Part shown: positions 12,040-22,114 of the stretch, in pieces | Layout of the letters: each line of letters begins with the position of its first letter | Position numbering within the stretch: position 1 is the stretch's first letter | Assembly: GCA_021432655.1 (NCBI GenBank) | Contig: MU271674.1 | Span: forward strand, 1-33,203 | Reading direction: 5' to 3' | DNA length: 33,203 nucleotides | Source of the DNA: Atractiella rhizophila | Taxonomy: Eukaryota | Translations under genes and position numbers: made by a program | The notes under the pieces: generated by a model | The model's input: the letters and a program-made list of their open reading frames with translations, nothing else | Database searches by the model: none | What the model was told of the DNA's origin: nothing

Positions 12040-12205
12040 CCCCTCTATACGTAGTGTCGATAACCTATCGACATGGGCCACTTTCAACAAAATTGTACTC
12101 ATGAGACCCCTCTATACCTGGTGTCAATAACCTATCGACATGGGCCACTTTCAACAAAATTGCACCCTCAGACCCCTCTCTACCTGATGTCGATAACCTA
12201 TCGAT
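12040..12205 (-). repeat. Three inverted copies of the 67-bp unit
   Basis: CCCCTCT.TAC....TGTC.ATAACCTATCGA occurs three times at 67-bp spacing and is the reverse complement of the 10.6-11.4 kb unit. Confidence 0.92.
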
Positions 12206-12377
12206 CTGGTGCAGTTTTGCGACAATTGCACTTATCGTTAATAACGTACAGAGAAAAGATTTCTAAACTACTATAAATTAATTTCCAACTTTGAATGTAC
12301 TTTGTTCAATTGGACATATATGCCAAATATGAAACAAAGCTCTCCAATGAAGCAAGGATTTCAATATATAAGTGTTT

Positions 12378-13320
12378 TAAGAGACAACAGTTTTGCAATG
12401 ATACTGTTTTTATTGGGGCAGGGTCGCACCTTGGGTGCCTAGGAGGCAAGGATATAGCCAGGATCCTGTTCCTGGCAGAGGCAGTGTTGGAATCTGAGCG
12501 GCATGGAGGGGCAAGGATATAGCCAGGATCCTGTTTGTGAGACAGGCAGGGTTGTACCCTAGGCAGCGAGGAGGCAAGGATGTAGGCGGGATCCTGTTCG
12601 CGACAGCATCAGGGTCGTACCCTGGGTGACTAAGAGGCAAGGATGTAGCCAGGATCTTGTTCCTGACAGAGGTAGGGTTGTACCCTAGGCAGCCAGGAGG
12701 CAAGGATTCAGCCTGGATCTCATTCCTGAAAGAGTATCAATATATGTGTTGTAAGATGTCAAAGAGCGGACACAGCCTCTGCCTGCGAGTGTTTATACGT
12801 TCATGAAATTTTGACTGGATTGCTATTCCATATCTATGGCAGGGTTCTACCCTGGTCGACTAAGAGACAACAGTTATGTAGTGAAGCTGTTTATATTGGG
12901 GCAGGGACGCACCATGAGTGACTAGGAGGCAAGGATATAGCCAGGATCTTGCTCCTGATACAGGCAGGGTTGTACCCTGGGCCGCGAGGAGGCAAGGATT
13001 CAGCCAGGATTCTGTTCCCGACTATAGGCAGGGTTGTACCCTAGGCGGCGAGGAGGCAAAGATGTACACAGCATCTCAATGCTCCTGACAGCATCAGGTT
13101 CATACCCTGGCTGCTTAAGAGGCAAGGATGTAGGCAAGATCATGTCCTGACATAGGCAGAGTTGTACCCTGAGGCCACGAGGAGGCAAGGATTCAGCCAG
13201 CACTCGCGAAGTTCCTGACATAGGCAGGGTTGTACCCTAGGTGCCCAGCAGGCAAGGATTCAGACTGGATCTCATTCCTGAAAGAGCCAGGGTTGAACCC
13301 TAAAGTACCCTTAGTAGCAA
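12378..13320. repeat. ~63-bp tandem array (GGCAAGGAT..AGCCAGGATCCTG..CAGGGTTGTACCCT) in two blocks
   Basis: GGCAAGGAT is at 12445, 12510, 12573, 12636 and 12699, then again from 12928 to ~13251. The leader TAAGAGACAACAGTT is duplicated at 12378 and 12861. Confidence 0.93.
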
Positions 13321-13329
13321 TCATTCTGG

Positions 13330-14690
13330 GCTCGCGAGAGCTTGGACTTAACTTTTCGTGAGACCCAACCATTCGCGGCAGCTTGCCCCAATGTTCTCCT
13401 CGCGAGAGCTCGCGAACGTTTTTGAGTCGCGATTGATCGCGATCGTGTTCGCGCAGCGACAGCTGGCGAGAATCAGCTTTGTTTCGCGAGAGTTGCAATC
13501 TTGTTCGTTCGTGAGCAACCCTTCGCAGCAGGACTGTTGCAAACTCGTCGCGAGTTTGCTCTCTCGCGAGTTTACAGTCTCGCGTTTGCAGTCTCTCGCG
13601 TTTGCCATCTCTCGCGTTTGCAATCTCTCGCGTTTGCAGTCTCTCGAGTTTGCATTCTCGCGAGACAGCAAACTCGCGAGGCAGCACCCGAGCAAGAAAA
13701 CCAACACCAACTCACCCACCCGACAGCACTCGCGAGGCAGCATTCAAGCCACTTTGCAACGAACCAACACCAACACAAACCAGCCGACAGCACTCGCGAG
13801 GTGGCACCCGAGACACTTTGCAACAAACCAACAACACAACCAGCCGACAGCACTCGCAAGGCTACGAAACCAACCCTCATCTCGCGAGGTGGCACCTGAG
13901 CCAGTTTGCAAGAAAACCAACACTTACTCACCCACCCGACAGCACTCGCGAGGCAGCGCCCGAGCCACTTTGCAACGAAACAAGACTAACACAAACCTGC
14001 CGACAGCACTCGCGAGGCTACGAAACCAACTCTCATCTCGCGAGGTGGCACCCGAGACACTTTGCAACGAAAGCAAACACCGACACAAACTCACCCGACA
14101 GCACTCGCGAGGCAGCACCCAAGCCACTTTGCAACGAACCAACACCAAAACAAACCTGCCGACAGCACTCGCGAGGCTACGAAACCAACTTTCATCTCGC
14201 GAGGTGGCACCCGAAACACTTTAAAACAAACCAACAACACAACCAGCCGACAGCAGTCGCAAGGCTATGAAACCAACCCTCATCTCGCGAGGTGGCACCT
14301 GAGCCAGTTTGCAAGAAAACCAACACTTACTCACCCACCCGACAGCACTCGCGAGGGCAGCGCCCGAGCCACTTTGCAACGAACCAAGACTAACCACAAA
14401 CCTGCCGACAGCACACGCAAGGCTACATGCGAACCACTCCTCGGCACCCGAGCCACATCGCAACAAAACCAACACCAACACAGTCATCTTGCGAGGTGGC
14501 GCCCGAGCCGCTTTGCAACAAATCAACACCACAACTCGCCGGACAACAGTCGCGAGGCGGCACCCAAGCCACTTTGCAAAGAAACCAACACCAACACATC
14601 CCATCCGACAACACTCGCGAAACGACATGCAAACCGACACCCAACCCACACAACATCCCACAGCACTCACGAGGCGACACGCGAACCAGT
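13330..14690. repeat. CTCGCGAG-family array: ~16-bp micro-units, then ~60-65-bp units
   Basis: TCTCGCG(AG)TTTGCA micro-repeats at ~13540-13680, then repeated CCGACAGCACTCGCGAGG(C/T)(A/G)GCACCCGAG.CACTTTGCAAC. A higher-order period of ~402 bp is visible (13825 vs 14227). Confidence 0.93.
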
Positions 14691-14859
14691 GTCTGAAAAG
14701 GAATGTGTCTGTCTCTGAAGCAAAAAACAACAAAATAAAAGAGATAGGTATGTGAAAACTTGAATTGTAATTGCACCTCCGACAACAATACACAACGTGT
14801 TTTCCAGTTAGGTCGCATTGTAACGCATGTAATGTTGTTATTACACTGTATAAGATGTA

Positions 14860-16812
14860 ATAATGATGAGTGAACATAAAAAAAAGCGGAGCAAAAAGAT
14901 GCATCTTCATATATCAAAAACACAATTCGCTATTACTTCACCATTATCCATCACATTTGGGGCGTCAGTAGGGCCAACGCAAGGGCTGAGGGCCAGCTAC
15001 AACGACGTATAATTCTTAATACGAATGGGTGAATATTAAAAAAAGCGGAGTTCAAAATACGCACCTTGTAAATATCCAAAATCGCAATTCCTCATTGCTT
15101 CGCAATTATCCATCGTATTTTAGACGTGAGTAGCGCGAATTGGTGGCCTGAGATGTAGCTTTAACGACGTATAATTCTTAATGAGACTGAGGTAACATTA
15201 AAAAAAGCGGAGTTCAAAATACGCACCTTGTAAATATCCAAAATCGCAATTCCTCATTGCTTCGCAATTATCCATCGTATTTTAGACGTGAGTAGCGCGA
15301 ATTGGTGGCCTGAGATGTAGCTTTAACGACGTATAATTCTTAATGAGAATGAGGTAACATTAAAAAAAGCGGAGTTCAAAATACGCACCTCAGATATATC
15401 AAAAATCGCAATTCCTCATTGCTTCGCCATTATCCATCGTATTGTGGACGTGAGTAGCGCGAATCGGTGGCCTGAGATGTAGCTTTAACGACGTATAATG
15501 TGTATTGAGAATGAGCTAACATTGAAAAAAGCGGAGGACAAAATACGCACCTCTCATACCTCAAAAATTGCAATTGCTCATTACTTCGCCATTATCCATG
15601 GTATTTTAGGCGTAAGTGGCGCGAATGGGAGGCCCTATATGTAGCTACAACGACATATAATGTGTATTCAGAATGAGTGAATATTAAAAAAAGCGGAGGA
15701 TAAATACTCACCTGATATATCAAAAATTGCAATTCCCCTTTTCTTCGCCATTATCCATCGCATTTCGGGCGTGAGTCGCGGGAATGGGAGCGCCGAATGC
15801 CAGCTACAACGACGTATAATTCTTAATAAGAATGAGTGAATATTAAAAAAAGCGGAGTTCAAAATACGGACCTCATATATGTGAAAAGTTGCAATTGCTC
15901 ATTACTTCGCCATTATCCCTCGTATTTTAGACTTGAGTGGCGCAAATGAGAAGCCCGACATGTAGCTACAACGACGTATAATTCTTAATGAGAATGAACC
16001 AATATTAAAAAAATCGGAGGACGAAATACCCTCCTCACACACTTCAAAATCGCAATTCCTCATTCCTTCGTCATTATCCATCGTATTTTCGACGTAAGTA
16101 GCGCTAATTGGAGGCCTGAGACGTAGGTTTAACGACATATGATGCCTATTGAGAATGAGTGAATATTGGAAAAAGCGGAGTACAAAATACGCACCTCTCA
16201 TACCTCAAAAATTGCAATTGCTCATTACTTCGCCATTATCCATGGTATTTTGGACGTGAGTGGCCTGAATGGGAGGCCTGAGATGTAGCTTCAATGACGT
16301 ATAATTCTTAATAAGAATGAGTGAATATTAAAAAAAGCGGAGGACAAAATATTCATCTGATATATATCAAAAATTGCAAATCCTCATTGCTTCGCCATTA
16401 TCCATCGTGTTTTACACGTAAATAGTGCAAATGGGAGGCCCAGGATGTACCTTCGATGACGAATAATGTGGATTGAGAATGAGGGAATATAAAAAAAAGT
16501 AGAGGTCAAAATACACACCTCATATATATGGAAAAATGCAATTCCATATTGCTTCGCCATTATCCATGATATTCTCGACCTAAGTAGCGCGAATGGGAGG
16601 CCTGAGATGTAGCTTTAACGACCTATAATGTGTATTGAGGATGAGCTAACATTGAAAAAAGCGGAGGACAAATACGCACCTCTCCTATGTCAAAAATTGC
16701 AATTCCTCATTACTTCGCCTCATGCAATTTTAGATGTAAGTAGCACGAATAGGAGGATAGAGATGTAATTTCAACGACGTTAATGTGTATTGAGAATGAG
16801 TGAATATTAAAA
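14860..16812. repeat. ~162-bp AT-rich satellite, ~12 copies
   Basis: The AAAAAAGCGGAG anchor (G position) is at 14886, 15045, 15207, 15369, 15531, 15693, 15852 ... 16661. GCAATT.CTCATT.CTTCGC.ATTATCCAT is conserved in the units. Confidence 0.96.
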
Positions 16813-16817
16813 AGTGT

Positions 16818-17920
16818 ATCGCGAGTTAGGTGCTGCCTTGCGAGTTAGGTGCTGCCTCGCGAGTTTGCTGCTGTCTCGCGACTTTGCATTCTCGCTGCTT
16901 TGCTGTCTCGCGAGTTTGCATTCTCGCGAGTCTGCTCTCTCATGTTTGCATTCTCGCTAGTTTGCTGTCTCGCGAGTGTGCTCTCTCGCGTTTACAGTCT
17001 CGCGAGTTTGCATTCTCGCGAGTTTGTTGCAGTCTCGCAAGTTTGCATTCTCGCGAGTTTGTTGCAGTCTCGCGTTTGCAGTCTCGCGAGTTTGCATTCT
17101 CGCTAGTTTGCTCTCTCGCGTTGGCAGTCTCGCGAGTTTGCATGCTCGCGAGTGGGCATGCTCGCGAGTTGGCCATCTTGCGAGTTTGCTCTCTCACGTT
17201 TGCAGTCTCGCGAGACAGCATTCTCGCTAGTTGGCCGTCTCCCGGGTTTGCTGTCTTGCGAGCTGGGCGTCTCGCGAGTGCTCTTCGCTAGTTTGCTGTC
17301 TCGCGAGTTTGTTGCTCTCTCGCGCGTTAGCAACCTAGCGTTTCACCTCGCTAGTTTGCTGTCTCGCGAGTTGGCCATCTCGCGAGTTGGCAGTCTCGCG
17401 AGTTAGCTGTCTCGCGAGTTTGTTGCCGTCTCGCGAGTTTGCAACCTAGCGTTTGGGTTCACCTCGCTAGGTTGCTCTCTCGTGAGTTGGCTGTCACCCA
17501 TATCCCATCCGACAGCACTCGCGAGTTGACATGCGAACCACTCTGCGAAGTGGCACCCGAGCCACTTTGCAACGAAAAAAGCATACAAATAACTCAGCCC
17601 AACAGCACTTCTGAGACGACACACAAACCACTTCAATGAACCAACACCCGCTCAACTCATCCGGCACCACTCGGGAGGTGGCCCCAAATTACTTTGCAAT
17701 GAACCAACAGCACTCACGAGGCAACATGCGAACGACTTTGCAATGAAACCAAAACCCATACAACTCCATCCGACAGCACTCGCGAAGCAAGATGCAAACC
17801 TCTTTGCAACGAAACCAACACACATACAACTTCCTCCAACAGCACTTGCAGGTGGCATTGACATGTGAACCACGTAGCATAGCTGCATCTGAACCACTTT
17901 GCAACGATACCAACACCCAC
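16818..17920. repeat. Second CTCGCGAG-family block (micro-units, then degenerate long units)
   Basis: Dense TCTCGCGAGTTTGC 16-mers at 16818-17490, then CGACAGCACTCGCGAG..CACTTTGCAAC units. Confidence 0.92.
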
Positions 17921-18129
17921 TTCAACATAACTCCACTAGACATCGCTTGCACGGTGAGAACCACTTCACAACGAAATCAGCATCCGGTGCACTTCAATGA
18001 GTGCGAATGCCATCTGACCTAACCTCTTCACCTTACCCAACTCACCTGGCCTCCTTCTCCTCGTTCCATTCACCTGCTTCGAGGTCACAAGGTGCAGGCA
18101 CAAAGTCCTTTCAGCTCCCTACCCAGTCA

Positions 18130-18829
18130 TTGCTATGGGAGAAAGAAGTGGACGCATAGGTCGCCTTGATCGATCCCAATAGCAAAATCTTGAGCATAGG
18201 ATAACCTCTGAGGCCTAAGTCCCGCCACAAGTACCATCTAAGGGTGCGGATGTGCAGAGTATCCTGAGCCTTTAGTTATTCATGCAAACTGCCTGTGCTG
18301 CCTCTGAACAGCGCCTGCCCACTTCTGACACCCAAACCCCTCTTGAGCACTTGACCTTCCTTTTACCATGGGAGAAAGAAGTGGACACTTAGGTCGCCTT
18401 GATCGATCCCACAGCAAATTTCAGGAACAAGTACACTTTCAGGTTTTGGGTCTCCTAAGCGCACACTTCGCTTTCTGCCAGTAAGATATATACTAAGTGC
18501 CACAAGATGCTCCGAAGACCAAGAACCCACCTTCAAAACCCGAATCCATTTTGAGCGCCTGACCTTTAGCAAGCCTTGGGAGAAAGAAGTGGACGCATAG
18601 GTCGCCTTGATCAATCCCACAGCAAACCTCAGGAACAAGTGCACAGTCCAGCTTCGGGTCTCTCCAGCAAGCACCTTGCCTTCTGCGAGCAAATGTGCAA
18701 GGTGCTCCAGCTGCCCCAAAGAGTAAGTGCCCACCTCAATGACCCGAACCCCTTTTCAGCGCCAGCCTTTGGTTTGCCATGGGAGAAAGAAGTGGACGCA
18801 TAGGTCGCCTTGATCGATCCCACAGCAAA
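18130..18829. repeat. Four near-identical 50-bp hairpin cores separated by diverged 150-180 bp intervals
   Basis: TGGGAGAAAGAAGTGGACGCATAGGTCGCCTTGATCGATCCCACAGCAAA starts at 18136, 18369, 18577 and 18780. Confidence 0.93.
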
Positions 18830-19069
18830 CGGCAGGACCGAGTGCTGTTTGAGGATTCAGATCCTCCAAGTGAGCACTTCACCTTCGGCCAGCAAGAGCA
18901 ACGAAAACACAGCAGGGGACAATTTCGGACAAACACTTACCGGTGCATTTCTTGGGGGATCCAGAGAGGAGTCAGCCTTATAAGGACTTTCTGAGAGCCC
19001 CTTCGGGGAAGTAGAACCTCAGGGGCTTGGGATCACTTTGGGGGACTCTGGTTCAGGTTCACTCTTGCG

Positions 19070-20385
19070 AAGCCTAGCTCGCTTCAGCAAAGGTAGGTTC
19101 GTTGCCATGAAGTCAAGTTCACTCCAACAAAGACAGGCTCACTGGGACTGAGTCAGTTCGCTCTCGCGACCTCCTGTCACTTCAGTGAAGCCAGGGCTAC
19201 TCAAGCCACGCGAGAATACCTCCTGTTCGCTTCAGCAAAGACAGACTCGCTGGGGCAAAGTCAGTTGGCTCCAACAAGGCCTGGCTTGCCTGGGCAAAGA
19301 GCAGTTCGCTGGAGTGAAGCAAGGCAGACTTGCTCAGGCGAAGTACGTTCGCTCCATCAAGGCCAGGCTCACTCCTGCGAAGGCAGACTCACTCGGGCGA
19401 ACTGCAGTTCGCTGGAGCAAAGTCAGACTTGCTTGGGCGAAGTCAGTTCGCTTCAGCAAAGTCTGGCTCACTCCGGCGAAGCACAGTTCGCTCTAGCGAA
19501 GTCTGGCTCGCTCCAGCGAAGGGCAGTTCGCTCTAGCGAAGCCAGGCTCACTGGGACGAAATCAGTTCGCTCCTGCGAAGCCCAGCTCGCTCGGGCCAAG
19601 TGCAGTTCGCTCTAGCGAAGGCAGGCTCGCTAGGACGAAGTCAGTTCGCTCCAGCAAGGCCAGGCTCGCTCCTTCGAAGGCAGACTCACTCGGGTGAAGT
19701 GCAGTTCGCTCTAGCGAAGCCAGGCTCGCTGAGACGAAATCAGTTCGCTCCTGCGAAGTCAAGCTCGCTCGGGCGAAGTGCAGTTCCCTCTAGCGAAGGC
19801 AGGCTCGCTAGGACGAAGTCAGTATGCTCCTGCAAAGCCTGGCTCGCTCTAGCGAAGTGCAGTTCGCTGGAGCAAAGTCAGACTTGCTTCGGCGAAGCCA
19901 GTTCGCTTCAGCGAAGTCTGGCTCGCTCCAGCGAAGTGCAGTTCGCTCTAGCGAAGCCAGGGTCGCTGGGACGAAATCAGTTCGCTCCTGCGAAGCCCAG
20001 CTCGCTCGGGCCAAGTGCAGTTCGCTCCAGCGAAGGCAGGCTCGCTAGGACGAAGTCAGTATGCTCCTGCAAAGCCTGGCTCGCTCCAGTGAAGTGCAGT
20101 TCGCTCTAGCAAAGCCAGGCTCGCTGGGACGAAATCAGTTCGCTCCTGCAAAGTCAAGCTTGCTTGGGCGAAGTGCAGTTCCCTCTAGAGACGCCAGACT
20201 TGCTGGGACAAAGTCAGTTCGCTCCAGCAAGGCCAGGCTCGCTCCTTCGAAGGCAGACTCACTCGGGTGAAGTGCAGTTCACCGGAGCAAAGTCAGACTT
20301 GCTTGGGCGAAGCCAGTTCGCTTCAGTGAAGTCTGGCTCGCTCCGGCGAAGTGCAGTTTGCTCCTGCCAAGCCCGGCTCGCTCTG
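19070..20385. repeat. Array of 18-21-bp modules built on the TTCGCT-nn-AGCGAA palindrome
   Basis: Dozens of CAGTTCGCTC(T/C)AGCGAAG and CAGGCTCGCT..GACGAA modules, more degenerate at the edges. Confidence 0.94.
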
Positions 20386-20429
20386 GTAACCTCCTGTTCA
20401 CTGCAGCAAAACTGGGAGTGCAGATGCAA

Positions 20430-20580
20430 AGCCAGTCTCGCGAGTTTGTTGCTGTCTCGTGAGTTTGCAACCTAGCGTTTGCATTCACCTCGGTAGTTTG
20501 CTGCCTCCCGAGTTGGCTGTCTCGCAAGTTTGCTCTCTCGCGAGTTTGTTGTCCCGTGAGTTTGCTCTCTCGCACATCTG
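20430..20580. repeat. Third short CTCGCGAG micro-unit block
   Basis: TCTCGCGAGTTTGTTG..GAGTTTGCAACCTAGCGTTTG matches 17410-17460. Confidence 0.85.
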
Positions 20581-20809
20581 CTCCCTCACAACTACAGGGG
20601 CACTTCGCATGTTGCAACCCATCGCTGAACCAAACTTGACCTTTCGCGACTGGAAGGCACTTAGCACGTTGCAGCCAGCCAGCGACCCGAAGTGCCCACG
20701 TCGCGACTGGTAGCGAACTGGGCCCCCTCGCTATGAACCTCGCATGTTTGAGCAGGTTCGCTTCGGGGCTGATCCCACCTCGCGAGACAATTTAGCCGTC
20801 GCGTCAGAG

Positions 20810-21895
20810 CTAACGGGACTCAACGGTGCGTTCCGTCCCGTCAGGTTAGTTCCGTCAGTGACAGCCTCGCAACTAGGCTGACGGGACTCACCCTGGCCCT
20901 GACCCTAACTCCGTTCCCCAGCCAAATTTGACTGACGGAACAGTTCCGTCGCGAAGGAATAGTAGTAGGGAATGAGGGGGCTGAGAGAGCCCGAGTGATA
21001 GTGAAGGCAATGTTGGGGAGCTAATAGAGCTGTTGATGGATACTTTGGAGGAAGGAAAGGTGGTGCTTCTTAGGGATCAGAAAGTGTATGGGCCGGTCAA
21101 TTTCCCAACATCGGACGGAAAGAGGCAAAGTATCCCATCGAGTGCATGGACCGTAAGTGTACAGTGACAAGGAGGATATTCTTGATGGGGCCACAGGAGC
21201 ATAAACGTACCCTCCTTTTTCTTATTACTCAGCTTTTATGCTATAAAATAACTTCCCCTACAAGTGTGAGACCCAGAGTTTTGATTGGTCTCACACCTTG
21301 CAGGTATGTATTTCATTCTCATATAGAACATACAATAACAGAGTTTTGATTGGTCTCGCACCTTGCAGTCCCGCTCGCCCCACCGCTTGTAATCTTTATC
21401 ACCCTGGGTAGCCAGGAGGCAAGGATTCAGCCTGGATCTCATTCCTGAAAGAGGCAGGGTTGAACCCTAAAGTACTGTTAGTAGCCAACTTTGACTGACG
21501 GAACAGTTCCGTCATGAAGGAACAGTAGTAGGAATACTACTTAGTAGTAGTTCCGTCAGGAAGGAATAGTAGTAGAACTTGGCATTCCCAAAGTAGGTTC
21601 TTGTGAGGCATTTCCAGCTCCAGAATTCACATCTGCTGCGATGAGGAGAACTTCATCCTGAGACACATATGGAGTGGTTGAGAATAAGCATAGAACCTGA
21701 TCCGCAACTTGCGCTCAAGCAAATTCCACTTTTCGTGTGTGGCTTCGAACGAACGTTAATTGACCCAGATCTCGTTGGTCGTTTTCAATCCTTACGATCT
21801 TTACGGAGAAGGACTCCCTAAAGCTAAAGTACCGTTAGTAGCCAAATTGGACTAACAGACCAATTCCATCGTGAAGGAGTAATAATAGTAGGGGA
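20810..21895. mobile_element. Cluster of putative DNA-transposon terminus motifs (CACTA/CMC-like or Helitron-like)
   Basis: GCCAA.TTTGACTGACGGAACAGTTCCGTC..GAAGGAA.AGTAGTAG occurs at ~20921 and ~21484, partially at ~21548 and degenerately at ~21841. GACGG(G/A)A and TTCCGTC motifs occur in both orientations at 20810-20950. No transposase is present. Confidence 0.4.
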
Positions 21896-22114
21896 AATGA
21901 TGGTAGGGCTCATGTTTTCAGGGCATTTTGCTTTGTTTTGTAACTGTCTAAATGATCCATATGGCTACTTGAATCAAAAATGCAATCTTGAAGCAAGAAT
22001 GGAATTCTGGCATGCAGTATTTCCAAGATTGCAACGAAAACGGGTTAAAACATGTCATTGATCGTTACGAACACCACAGTCTCCTTTCCTGATCATAGTT
22101 CATCACATTCGTGA

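Noticed and set aside
13193..14923. Long overlapping ORFs (up to 288 aa) on both strands
   Set aside because: They are translations of stop-poor tandem repeats, open in several frames at once, with no domain or splice evidence.
18130..18829. True CRISPR array
   Set aside because: The intervals are 150-180 bp and partly homologous to each other, and no cas genes are present. Kept as a structured-repeat finding instead.
16830..20713. Many 60-170 aa ORFs
   Set aside because: These are repeat-derived periodic peptides in multiple frames.
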